In this document: one piece after another, positions 1 to 12,660 of the stretch | How the letters are laid out: each line of letters starts with the position of its first letter | Position numbering within the stretch: the first letter of the stretch is position 1 | Source of the DNA: Octopus sinensis | Taxonomy: Eukaryota | Assembly: GCF_006345805.1 (NCBI RefSeq) | Contig: NC_043019.1 | Location: 18,227,360 to 18,291,359, forward strand | Length of the DNA: 64,000 bases | Direction: 5' to 3' | Position numbers and translations under genes: made by a program | The notes under the pieces: model-generated | What the model was told of the DNA's origin: nothing | What the model saw: only the letters and a program-made list of their open reading frames with translations | Database searches by the model: none

Positions 1-771
1 GATTTACGGTATTTCAAAAAAGACAGGAATTTCATAATTGAAATACTATTTATTGATCAAAGGCCTGCTTAATCAAGATTGTCCTTGGGTCAAACAACAC
101 TATCAACTGAATGAAACATCATCATCATCATCATCAACAGTTTAACATCCACTCTTCCATGACTGCATGGGTCGGATGAAATTTGTTGAGGCAGATTTTC
201 TATGGCTGGATACCTTTCCTTTCACTAACCTTTACCTGTTTCTAAGTGAGGTAATATTTCCCCAAGTTTTCAAGAAACAGGAGGGCAGCATTTCCAAGAT
301 GGTGACACTGATGTCAAGACAAGGAGACAGTAACACACACACAAACATCATATATGTATCTATATCTAGTTTCCTTCTGCCATATTCAATCACAAGGCTT
401 TGGGACCGTCAGGGGTTGTAGTAAAAACTTCTTAATTTTAGGCTCACCCATGTACCTATCTATCTATATGGTTAATAAACATATATCAGAAAGAATCACC
501 CTCTAAAAAACAGAGCAGTAATTATTACAACAAAATTTCCTATAGAGTTACCCAAGATTTCGCACCCACAAAGCCAAAGCCTTGTAGACAACTTGTCAGA
601 CTCTACAAAATTTTAAAATATCTGCGTCGCAGTTCCTCACGTCTGCGAGTTAAGCTCTTCTGAATCTATAAAGGGTTTTTCTCTCTGAATAAGGGAAAAT
701 AACCTGTACTCATTAGCATTTTTTTTGTATTCCTCAAGAACATAGACATTTAAAAATTTTATTTACATATA

Positions 772-1110
772 GGCGCAGGAGTGGCTGTGTGGTAAGTAGC
801 TTGCTAACCAACCTCATGGTTCCGGGTTCAGTCCCACTGCATGGCATCTTGGGCAAGTGTCTTCTGCTATAGACCCGGGCCGACCAATGCCTTGTGAGTG
901 GATTTGGTAGACGGAAACTGAAAGAAGCCTGTCGTATATATGTATGTGTGTTTGTCCCCCTAGCATTGCTTGACAACCGATGCTGGTGTGTTTACGTCCC
1001 CGTCACTTAGCGGTTCGGCAAAAAGAGACCGATAGTATAAGTCCCGGGGTCGATTTGCTCGACTAAAGGCGGTGCTCCATCATGGCTGCAGTCAAATGAC
1101 TGAAACAAGT
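772..1110 (+). mobile_element. tRNA-derived SINE, near full length (family A; octopus-type)
   Basis: A-box TGGCTGTGTGGT, B-box-like GGGTTCAGTCCC, central GCCTTGTGAGTGGATTTGGTAGACGGAAACTGAAAGAAGCC, tail ...AAATGACTGAAACAAGTAAAAGAG. Related copies at about 2190-2520(-), 7575-7890(-), 18100-18440, 31625-31980, 37443-37680, 41550-41700, 47290-47400 and 55140-55400. Confidence 0.8.
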
Positions 1111-1168
1111 AAAAGAGAGAAAGAGAAATATATATTTTTTTTTGGAATATCAGCTTTCAATGTACATC

Positions 1169-1398
1169 GCATAAAACTATAAATAATAGCATATCAATAC
1201 TGGGTTGAAAACCCCTTTTGGATAGAAAAAGTCAAAGGCTGGAACCCACATCATTTGTAGACATGACAGGCATCCTACCATTGGGCCAAAGCAATCCTTT
1301 GAATTTGGGTTCAAGCCCCATGAGCAACATTTGACTTTTTTTTAAGTAAAACGGTTTTTCAACCCCATATTACCATGCCATTATTTGTAGTTTTGTGC
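1169..1398. mobile_element. Foldback / MITE-like element with long imperfect inverted arms and a tRNA-like core
   Basis: The left arm GCATAAAACTATAAATAATAGCAT...GGGTTGAAAACC...AAAAAGTCAAA is complementary to the right arm TTTGACTTTTT...GGTTTTTCAACCC...ATGCCATTATTTGTAGTTTTGTGC. Confidence 0.7.
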
Positions 1399-1480
1399 AT
1401 ACTTTGGGGATCCAATTCCTAAAAAAAAAGGTGCATTTCCTGTTCTCTTGACTCTTTAATAATTCTTATGACATCAAATA

Positions 1481-1612
1481 CAGTTGTGGCCAAAAGTTTG
1501 CAACATTAGAATTTTTATATTAAATGCCCAAACTTATATTTGGTGAGAGATTATTTTAGGCAGAACAATTTTAATTAAAAGAAAAAAAGTTCAAAACTTT
1601 TGACCACAACTG
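1481..1612. mobile_element. Tc1/mariner-type MITE (132 bp)
   Basis: TIRs CAGTTGTGGCCAAAAGTTT / AAACTTTTGACCACAACTG, flanked by TA on both sides. Confidence 0.85.
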
Positions 1613-3231
1613 TATATACATGCAAACACACACGCACTTATATAGTGAATCAGCAGTTTTGAATGAATAACTCAGACACATGTATTGAGTACATTTTCTT
1701 TTGTTTGTACACTTAGGCATGTCATATATATATACATATATATATATATGTGCTCAAATGTACTCAATTGGTGCTCTAGGTTCAGTTTCTCCTCTAAGGT
1801 GACAAAAGACAGCGTGTCTCTGGTGGAGCGAAGGAGCAAGAAGAGAGTGAGAGAGAATTTGATTTTATCGTTGCTAAGAGTGAGGCAGGCATCGGAACAT
1901 TTAGTAAGACTTTGAAGCCGTAAGCAAGGCTGCCCCCCCACCCTTGCCATACTAATTATGTCACTTGAATAATAGAGTTTATCTTTCCCAGTGAGTCATT
2001 TAACTAAAACCAAGGTGCTCTTCCAGTTGATGGCAGTTTCAGCTGTTAGTGGGCCAATAACACAAACATGCGTGTGTCTGTGTATACATACATACACACA
2101 CACACACACACACGTAGGTTTGTCAATACAAAGAAGAAAATAGAATTTGAAACCCGAGTGTGTCTATGTAGATATATTGTGTTTTATCTTTTCCTTGTTT
2201 CAGTCTCATTAGGCTGCGGCCAGGCTGGGGCACTGGCTTGAATAATTTTAGTTGAATGAACCAAGCCCGTTTTTTTTCTTTTTCTTTTTCCTAAGCCTGG
2301 TATTTATTCTATCAGTCGCTTTTGCCGAACTTCTAAGTTATGGGGACATAGACACACCAACACCGATTATCAAGCAGTGGTGGGCGACAAAGAGAAAGAA
2401 AGACACACACATGCATATACACTTCTTCCAGTTTCTGTCTATCAAATCCACTCACAAGGCTATTGTATGGCCCAGGGTGGCACACACTGGAATTGAACCT
2501 GGAACTATACAACCATGCCTGCCAGCAGAAGTTACAAAGTAACTTTATTACCTCTAGCGATATCATTATCATCATCATCATTTAATGTTTGTTTGAATGT
2601 CTATCAATCGGTTCTTACAAAGTTGGCTTTGCAGCATTGTCTTAGGTTCAATCCTATGGCCCAGCACTTTTCTAACAACTCTGGGGCCAACACTTTGAGT
2701 GAATTTGGGAAGAGAGAAACAGGGCAAAATCCTGTCGTACATATCTGTATGCTTGATAACCAGTACTGGTTTGTTTACATCCCTTGTAACCTAGTGGTTC
2801 AGCAAAAATGACCAACAGAATAAACACCAGATTTTAAAATTACTGGGGGATGATTTCATCAACGAAACACTTGAAGACAATACTCCAGCATGACCGTAGC
2901 TGAATGGTTGAAACAAATTAAAATTAAGCCTGTTCATCATTTTTGCAATGCATAAATTTGCCTCCTTGCTTGTCCCATCTGCCACAGTTGTTACTTATAT
3001 CCTCCTACCCGGGTAGACTGAGATGCCCACGGACAAGCTGCTGCTGCTGCTGACATTAAACAAAAGGCTAACCACTTATGCAAATCAGTCAGTCCAGTTC
3101 TCGGGAGCTTCTGGATTTGTTGTGTATATAAACAGATTGGTTCCTTCTTTCTTTGGGAATGGTCAAGTGATGAAGAAACCTTTCAGGAGAACCCAAAACA
3201 TGTTTACTACAGAAGTTATATACATATCTAC

Positions 3232-3930
3232 ACAGGGTGTTTGGGCTAAATTTGACAGTTTACATAAAAGGAAAAAACACTATTCCATACAAAAATAAAA
3301 GTATTTTTAAAAAAAACATCAACAAGATAATATTTTACTCAAAATAGCCACCCTCAGCTTCCAGCAATGGCCTCAAGATGGCTACAGAACCTGGTGCATG
3401 TGTTCCTAGAAAAGTGTTCGAACACCTTGATCTTGGCATTTCAGGCAGAACAGCTGGTGTCTTTCTCAATCCTACACCACACATGGGATTACAATCAGAA
3501 GAATTAGGTCAGAAATTGGGGCTGGTGAAGTTGTAAAAATTCTTTGATGACCACTTCCAATTCTTTCCAGAAGTATGAGCAAGGAGCCAAATCCTGCTGC
3601 CACACACATGGTCTTGCAGCAGCAGCCCTCTCAAGCTAGGGTTTGACCAGTCTCCATCAGATTCACATAGCTGTCTGAATTGTACCTAAAGATGTGTTTA
3701 AAAGTTATGGGACAGCATGATGTCACCCCCAAAGACAATCATAGTTTAGTGGGTATTTAGCTTTCATGATGTCCATATCACATCTTACAGCCATCAGGTT
3801 TGCATTTGGAGTCAACCATTCCATGTGAACATTGATAGCAATCCAAGTCACATTCTCTCCATGAAAACAAGGGTCTGAAGAGATGCAGCAGTGCTCCCTG
3901 TTCCTCATAAAGGTACACTTTTGAAACTTA
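3232..3930 (-). mobile_element. Decayed Tc1/mariner-superfamily (maT/DD37D-like) transposase relic
   Basis: Frameshifted remnants on the minus strand (DIMKAKYPLN, PXSPDXXXCNP...VW-like); CAGGGTGTTTGGGCTAAATTTGAC terminus after TA near 3232. Confidence 0.55.
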
Positions 3931-6187
3931 AAGCTTTCCTTTGCTTGTGTGGATTGGACAGAGTTTATGGAGGCTGATTGCTCTGCCTAATCCCCTGTTG
4001 CCAAGCAAAGGAATGTTTCTCTGTGGCCAGACAGGTTTTTGTGGAAGATTAGAAATGAAAGGAGATATTTTTTAAAAACAGTGTGATGCCAAGACAAGGA
4101 CAGACACACACAGATTCTCTGTGCATTATCAACTTTGTTTCTTCTACAACTACCACTTTTTCTGTATATAATACTTTTGAAGACTTATATATAAAAAGGT
4201 AAAGTATGTCGTGCCCCTGAATGATCACAACTTTAGGGCTGAAACGTATAAAAGAATAAATTACATATGCATGTAGGGGGGGGGGGGCAACAGGACAGGG
4301 AGTAGATGTCTTGTAGTGGTGACAAAAGAAATCCTAACACAAGTTCTTTAGACAAGTCTTTGGAGTAAGGATTGCTGCTCTCAGTTTTTTAAGGAGTTGA
4401 ATTTTCTGTCAAACTGGTAAACTCTTTACTTTGTAACAAAATGAAAAAAATTACGGTTTCTGTCTCCAGTTTGGAACCCGTCTTGTCCAGATTATTGATC
4501 TACTGGAAGCTGACCAGAAATGCAATCAGAAGATCTGTCAGTCATTTACCATATCTTGCTTTGCTGGGCATCAGTTTTGATGTCTACCAACTGACTTGGT
4601 AGAAACCCACAAAATTACCATCTTTTCAACAACTTTGGTCACCTTTTTGAATTCAATTCTCTACCACCCATGGTCGTGCTAATAAAGAGAAAAAAATAAA
4701 ATAATAAAAAAAAAGTACAGCACCCATGGCTTTTGGGGAAATTTTTTTCACACTCAGGACCATTGAAGCAGGGAATAAAAAAGCATTCACCTTTCAGGAC
4801 ATTGCAACTTCCAAAATCCTTTCCTCTTAACATTTCTCTATTTTTGTCATTCATTCGATTCCCTGCTACTTTTACCTATCATTGTCCCCTATATTTACTT
4901 TTTGGCTGTTTTCGGTTTCCCTTTTTTTTTGTTTTCTTTATACTTTTCTGCCAAGATGCACAGCTGAACACTGTATGCAATGAGCTTATTGTTATTTTCT
5001 TTGACACAAACATGAATAAAGGTTAATAATAATAAAAAAAAAAAAAGGCTGGAGGGGATCCCTTGAAAATGAAACTGTGTGCGAAAAATTGAACGTAAAA
5101 AGTATTGTTTGGCCCCAAATCAATTCTGTTTGAACAGTCAAAGAGTTTTTCGCCAACCCCCGAAGGGTTGGCAAAAGCGATGTGGTGGGCAACGAAAAAC
5201 CTGGCTGATCTGGAACCCAACCTAGCCCCCACCCATATCTATGGCGTTCGCCGCTAGAATAAGGAGTGGTTGGAGATCACACGGTCGTTAGCCTCAAATC
5301 GCCAGGCCTGGTCGGCATTTGTGAGAGATGCAGCATTGAGGATGAATGAAGCCAGCTCAACCCACCCCAGGTGAATGCTGCAAGAAGAGAAGTCAAAGAG
5401 TGCTCCACTAGGTTTAGAAAATGCCCAACGCATGTTACGACTACAAGGTTAACACCTTCATCAATAATTGAAATTGTTCCAGTCATGACCCTTCCAACAT
5501 TTTATTTAAGCATTGTATCCAAGACTCCAATGTTCGTTGCATCTATTAAGATGATTATGCAGGATGTAATTCGAGGGTGATTTTCTACTATTTCTATGAA
5601 CAGATGTCATGGAAACAGCTGATGGAGCAGCCAAGAGCCATACCTGAAATCACTTACCCACGAATAGACAAAATAGTCTTGATATATCTAATTAGTATTT
5701 TAATTAAACATCTTACTGTTGATGTTCAGCTCCCCAGGCACAATCTATCTAAGACTACACTATCAAACAGATCCCTTTTCTAAGATGGCAGACTGTGATT
5801 TGAGGAATTGGTTATTTCCAGTAGGTCAAACAACCACCTAGAAGCTTCTTCATTGAATAGCAAGATTTGATTTTTGTTTAGCCATCATCAAAAGAAACGT
5901 GGCACACATAAATAGCAATCTTTATTATTGAGTATCAGGAGACCACTGCTGAGACGCTTCCACAATATAAGAAAAACCGTTAGAAAACCAATTATAGCAG
6001 TAACTCCATCTAAGAATATTATTCCAAAATATATCAGACCGTGGATGACTAAATTACAACAGGTACACAGCCCATTGTCTGTATTATTGTACCATTCAAA
6101 TCTTTTTATTCTTTACAAACAATACACAATGCTTCAAGCGAACTACAACACTCTCCTATTATTATTATTATTATTATTATAATATAA

Positions 6188-6390
6188 GGCAGCGAGCTGG
6201 CAGAATCATTAGCACACGGGAGGAAACGCTTAGCAGTGTTTCAGTATGTTCAGTTCAAATACTGCCATGGTTGACTTAGCCATTCATCCTTTTGAGGTCA
6301 ATAAATTAAGTACCAGTGAAACATTGGGGTCAATAACTGACTTGTCCCCTAGCCCCAAATTTCAGGCCTTGAGGCTATAGTAGAAAGGAT
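6188..6390 (+). mobile_element. tRNA-derived SINE (family B)
   Basis: Head GGCAGCGAGCTGGCAGAA...GTTCAAAT, body TTCATCCTTTTGAGGTCAATAAATTAAGTACCAG. Related copies at about 28375-28600(+), 38215-38400(+), 9780-9905(-), 21450-21600(-), 24280-24420(-), 45665-45800(-) and 54030-54235(-). Confidence 0.75.
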
Positions 6391-7149
6391 TATTATTAAA
6401 TCCATTTATTTAATGTGGAATTGTTTTTGTTGGGTTATTTGAACAGCCACAGCCCTTCTTAAAAAAAAAAAAGGGGGGGGGGCAAAAGGGGGTTGTCTTG
6501 GCTAACCAGGATTCAGCTTAAGAAAGAAAGAAAAAAAAATTTAAAAAAATCAAAAAAAAAAATCGAGGGATGAGGTATTTGGCTACTGAGCTGATTAGGT
6601 TTTAAACTGCATTGGTGCATTTGATTTCCCAAGAAATGTACCCAACCTTTATAACCAAGCATACCTTCAACATTGTCCCTGTTAACAGGGGTCACCGGAT
6701 CTACCTCAATGCCATAGCAACCGCCCTCACATCACCTTAACCGTTTTGGGTGTCCTCCTTTCTCAAGCCAACCCTCCCAATCTCCTCCACATTTTCCTCG
6801 GTCTACCTTGCTTTCGCTGTACATTTACCGCAAACTCTAGCACCCTCCCCATCCCATTCGCCCTTGCTAGCCATTCCACTGGTTCCTCCAACCTCAGCAT
6901 CCCAATCAAGTCCTCTTATCAAACAGCCTCACCCCACACATTTCTCTCTCAAACAACTCTTATAGACCTTTCCTTTCATCTCCAACAAGAATCTTTTCCC
7001 ATATAACAACACTCCACATCCCCTGAACTTCACCCAGCCAAGTGTTGCTGTCACATGCACCCTATCTCCCAAATAACAGAACCCGCTAACTGTTTTCACT
7101 AACTAAATACATGTATATACACACACACCCCCTGATTAGACAGGAGACT

Positions 7150-9740
7150 GGGGCCAATTATAGCAGGTCATGCAACTATTGAGAAAAATGGCAATTGACG
7201 TTGGAATTGAACCAAGACCTCTCTAAATGCTATGAAAAGCAAAATGGAAATCCTTTGATTGGTTCCATGAAACAACGAAGAGTTACTGGGAGCTGAAATA
7301 ATTAACTCTTCAATGCCAAACAGTTCAACCAACAATCAATGTTTGGAGAGAAGAAGAAAAATTGGCCAAAGTCCCAAACAAGCATTCAAGTTGCAGAGAA
7401 ATGGAAATCAAATCAGACAAACAAATTCTCCTGAGAAGACATCAAACAACAGGCAAGCAGATAAAAAACAGAACACTAAAAACCACCCAATCACCATTAT
7501 TAGAGAAAGAAGTGTAACTAATTAGGAACAAACGATAACGAGTGAAGAATATAAATAACTGGAAGGACAGTTACCTTTTACTTACATCAGACTGTGGCCA
7601 TGATGGGGCACCACCTTGAAAGGTTTTAGTTGAACAAATTGACTCCAGTACTTAAGTTTGGTACTTATTTTAAGGGTGTCTTCAGCCAAATTGCTAAGTT
7701 ACAGGGATATAAACAAACCAAGTGGTTAAGTGGGAGTAGAGGAAAAACATCCCCCTCCCACACATTTCCCTTCTACCAAATTCATTCACAAGGCATTAGT
7801 CGACCCAGGGTTGTAAGATACTTTCCATGCAGTGAAATTGAACCCAAAACCATGAAATTGAAAAGCAAACTTAACGAGGCAACCACCAGAAATTAATTAC
7901 ATTAGATAACAATTATCCACAGAAATCAAAAGAAAACCTATCAACCAGATGCTGTCACCCATGATGGAGCAATTAGAAGAAATCAAGAAATCCAGCTTAT
8001 GGACCCTGAATGTTCTGCTTATATTGTGCTGTGATTGCTAACCCCAAACATATTGGTAAATAATAGAGATCAATCCTAAAGAGGGAAAGACAAAAACCCA
8101 ATTAAATTGAATGACTTCCAAACAAATATCAGAGAAAAAAAAAAATTTCTATCAAGTTTGAAGGGAAAAATAAATTCACAAATCAGCCATGACCTTATGA
8201 TGGATTACCTAAAGTTAAAAGAGAAGTGTCAACAAGAATCTCTAAAGGGAACATTAATCAGTCCTAAAAAAAGACTGCAAGCTTTAAATGAAAGGTTTTG
8301 CTTGCTTAAAATATTACTATGTTACATGAAACCGACAGGCAGTACATAAAATCATGAAAGGTTGTGAAAATTGGTCATTAGCAGGATTTGGGGAGAAGGA
8401 CCAGGAATATAAGCAATGCAACAGTGATGCAAACAACATGGTTGGATGAACAACTGAGTTAGCACTGGGCAAACAGCTCTCCTAAAATGTAACAATGAAA
8501 GCCAACATCTCGCTGAAGACCAAGATCCATCTTTTCCACTTGTTGGTTCTGCCTGTCCACCTCTACAGCACCGAGACCTGGACCATCATCAAGGGGTTCC
8601 GAATGCAGCGTCTTCGTCAGATCCATGGTGTCTCTACGTGACTGAATCTCATGCAACATCTGAGAACAATGCCAGAGACAGCAGAGGCTAGAGTGGTTTG
8701 GCCACATCTGCAGCATGAACAGCAAAAGACTACCACACCAATTTTTGTGGCAGCAGCGACCCACACACTGGAGAATCCAGTGTACCAAACCAAAGACGAC
8801 ATGGATGAAACAAAATGAGGAAGATCTGAAGACACTGAATCTTGACCATGTTAAGGCTATGGATCAGAAAGTGAGGAATAACATCACTAGAATCTATCAT
8901 CCAATGGCACCCACAGTAGCGTATTGGTTGAGAGGACAGCTTCCCCATCAGTCGCCAGCAAGGGATTGAAGAATAAAATTGGGTTATTGGAAAATTATCA
9001 AGGGTCACCTGGGGGAGAGCCAATATTGCTATACAAAGCTCACACATACCATTTTAACTTTCACTTTTCCATGTTTGCATGGGTCAGATGAAATTCTTAA
9101 ACCCGTTTTTAAAAGAATAACAAACAGTGAGCTTGATGCGCCAGAGAGGCTGGCAGTTACATCTGCAGAAAATGCAGGAGGCTCAAAATGATGAGTGTGT
9201 AGCAGGTTTGAATGAGATGTGTAAGCTGTATACAAATTGCTTGAATACATCACTTCAGGATCATTGTGAAACAATGTAGAGACTAATGAACAGGCAATTA
9301 GGAAAGAAAAGAATCTGGGCTTGAGAACTGACCAGCTCATCAACAAAGGAGTCCTTCCATGATATCTGTGAAGTTTAAAAACAAAAGGGGGCTTGGCTGT
9401 TTCTTACTCCTGAATACTCCAGTCACTCCACCTGATCAAGATCCTTCCATCTATAATAAATGCCATTAAGAGACTGACAACAGAATGGAACCAGAAAGAT
9501 TCTACAACTTTTAAAGCCTGATAGATGCGAAGGTCTTGTCATAAGTCGGAAAAAAGGGAAACATTTATGGAGAACTAACAAGAAATAACAGCTTGTATAC
9601 GAGATCTTCGTTTGTACCTATTAGCCCAGGTGCATGGGGCTATGGAAAATAGATATGCATAAAAGCCTAGAAATGCTCAGGTTCCCCAAATAAGAACTGA
9701 AGAAACCAATTCTCTAGACAACTAATTAGAGGAATAGTAA
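7150..9740 (+). mobile_element. Fragmented R4/Dong-like non-LTR retrotransposon, interrupted by a SINE (7575-7890) and an RTE piece (8440-8900)
   Basis: Decayed KKRLQALNER segment near 8270 and C-terminal FVPISPGAWG (VVPVVIGALG-like) near 9610; many stops and frameshifts. Confidence 0.4.
8440..8900 (+). mobile_element. RTE-clade LINE 3' remnant
   Basis: Translates to ANISLKTKIHLFHLLVLPVHLYSTETWT and RLEWFGHICSMNSKRLPHQFLW, typical RTE C-terminal motifs. Confidence 0.75.
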
Positions 9741-11309
9741 AAATTTGAAAAACATTCTAGGAATTCTCTAGATCAACCTCAGTGTATAACTGGTACTTAT
9801 TTCATTGACCCTGAAAGGATGAAAGGCAAAGTTGAACTCAGAATACAAAGAGAGAGGAAATACTGCTAAAACATTTTGTCTGGCATACCAACAATTCTGC
9901 CTTCATGTACATAGATAAGACACCTATTACAGGAGTGCAAAGTTAGCCACACAAGTAATTTAGATAAGAGGGTTGTATTAGCTTGAACGAAAGAGCCTCA
10001 CCACAAATGCAACATTCAAGACAGTCACTATAAAAAAAAACCTAATCATACATAAATATCTTCCAGTCATTTCATCAGGTTGAGCCAATAATACCTAAAC
10101 ATTTTTTCTCCCCTCCCCAATCCTTTCTGTCAAAGAGGGTAGGCTCGAAACATTAAAGACTTTTCCATTCTTTCCAAGCATTAAACTATACACCAGCTTG
10201 ATCCTTCATTTACAGTAAACTTGAACTATACACATCATCGTTTAACTGTCCGTTGTCCATGCTGGCATGGTTTGGGCAGTTTGAAGAGCTGCACCACATC
10301 CATACACATCATGCTTCTAACATTCACTTATTTTCATCATGCTTGTATGGATCAGGGTGGTGTTCTTAACATCCAAGCCGTCCTTCTCCCGACAAAGCAG
10401 CTAAATAGATTAATTGCCTTTTCAACAAACGGCCCTTATGAGGGCCACATTTTACGTTTTGTTTTCTCCTGATTGTTGAATGCGATCGACTTATTTTCGA
10501 GGTATTTTTTTTTGCTTTGATAGTAGTTTAAAAAAATTTTGTCTGCACTTGATGTATACCAAATATTTTTGAAATTTGAACATTTTCCATTATGTGCAAA
10601 CTTTCTGGTTTCTACATACAGGGCTTCAATTCTTGTAGATTTTAAAATGTCTTTTGTTCCATGAAATTTTTACTTTTCAGCAACTGGACATATTGATGTG
10701 GCAGACTCTTGATAAAAATGTTTTCTTGTTTTAAAGCAAGACAACACCCCCTCCCTGCCACCAACTGGATATGTCTTCATGGAAGATTGGAAATAAGTGT
10801 CCTCATACAAGAAGTTGTTTCTAGTTTTCCAGGGACATGCATCATGAAATATTAGGGCATTCAAAAAAGTAACTGCATTTTTTTCACCATCATGAAATAT
10901 GAATCAACCAATCATGCGAGAGCCAAGGCTGAATGGAGAAGAAGTGTCTAGAAACAGCAGATCATCTCTTCTCTCTGGCAGTGAGTCGTTCATGGTTATT
11001 TCAGTAATTAACTGCATGGAGGATAAGAACTTTATGAAACAGCAGATTTGACATTGCTTACTGGATGAAATTCAAAAATAAAATAGAAGCAATGAAAAAC
11101 ATCCATGAAGTATATTTGGATGCATTGAAAGCTTGGTTTAAATGGCATATAGATGGCAATTGTGACACATCTGACAAGCCTCACTCTAGAAGACGACCTC
11201 AGATCAATGTGAAAGCTTCAAAGATTTGGCACAAAAATGTCATGTTCAACTTTCCACAAACATCACAAGCTCGAGAACCAAACACAACATTTCACCATCA
11301 ATAGTAAAC

Positions 11310-11780
11310 TTCTAACCAAGAACAACCTGTCATTTCTGCAGCACATTGTTAGAGGTGATGAAAAATGGGTTTTGCATCACAACAGAAAACAAAAAAAGTC
11401 AATGGTTATCACATGAGGCCAGTGCCAACACCAAAACTCCACCCACAAAAATCTTTGCTGCTCTGTGTTTGGTGGAACATGTAAGGACTGCCAACAGCTT
11501 GATCATGTAAATGAAAAATTATGTCAAAAATAGTCTCAGATTTGGTGAACAAGAAAAGCTGTTCTTCTCCAGCAAGAAAGGCATGGCTATACTCTTCAAA
11601 ACAAACCTAAGTAAAAAGTAAGACTGTTTGGATGGGAAGTCCTTCCACATTCCCCATACTCACCTGATTTAGAACCTTTCCATCTGTTCCAATCTCTAGA
11701 ATATTTTATAAGAGACAAAGCATTCAGAAACAGAGAGGAAGTGGGGGGGGCACCTTTCAGACAGTTTTCTGGCATAAAAA
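11310..11780 (+). mobile_element. Mariner (DD34D) transposase relic
   Basis: FLQHIVRGDEKWVLH, LCVWWN and FGWEVLPHSPYSPDL motifs with frameshifts. Confidence 0.75.
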
Positions 11781-12125
11781 AGTTACTTCCCTGTTGGGCT
11801 GCAGTCATTGAAAACCATGGAGATTACATTCGTTCTCATATGCTTTCTGGTGAAAGACAATAACTTTGTGAACACCCTAATAGCTGTGATTGACATTACT
11901 CATATGAAGGTGATGTCAAGACAAGGGGACACAATGATGAAGGTCTTTCAATTTCCATCAACCAAATTCACTCACGAAGGGTCAGCCCTAGATTATAGCA
12001 GACAACACTTACTTGCTCAAAATGCCATACATCAGGATTGAACCAGAAACCATGTATTTGGGAAGCAAACTATACAATCAAACCAACACCTATATTACAT
12101 ACACATCCAATATATAAAATTGAGA

Positions 12126-12660
12126 CAGTATTAAATTAAAATAGTAATCTTTAGGTCATGTTTAATGTATATATATCATTGAAAGGCAAATTGCTGCAGT
12201 AATTGCTTGAGATAACATCTCATATGGACAGTGTTTCTAAACTATATCACGAGATGAAAAATATCCTAGTCATGGCCAGCAAGAATGCCAGATGCATTTC
12301 AGTGCTGTCAATGACACTTTCACAACCAGCCATATGCCTAGATGTTGCCTCTGATAAAGGCAAACAGTGAATAAATGTTCACTGACAATAAAAACTTGCT
12401 ATACGCAATAGAAGCAGTATCAAATTAAAATAGCCTACTTTGTGTCAATGTATATACATCACTGAAAGGCAAGTTTACTGCAGTATTTGTCCAGAAATAA
12501 CATCTCATATGGAAGTACTGTGTTAAAAAAACAAATATTGCCCCAGCAGTGGCTAACAAGAACATCAGATGCATTTCAGCACTGTTGGGCCCTGTCACTT
12601 GCCTCCAATACATAGGAAAACAGTGAATAAACATTCACTGATATTGCAAATAGTTGCCAG
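12126..12660. repeat. Diverged tandem duplication, unit about 260-290 bp, each unit ending in a CAGTGAA..TTCACTG hairpin
   Basis: Units start at 12126 and 12415 (CAGTAT(T/C)AAATTAAAATAG) and share TGAAAGGCAA, ATAACATCTCATATGGA and CAGATGCATTTCAG. Confidence 0.75.

Noticed and set aside
772-850. tRNA-like A/B boxes at SINE heads throughout the window
   Set aside because: No complete cloverleaf, and each continues into a SINE body; no genuine tRNA gene is supported.
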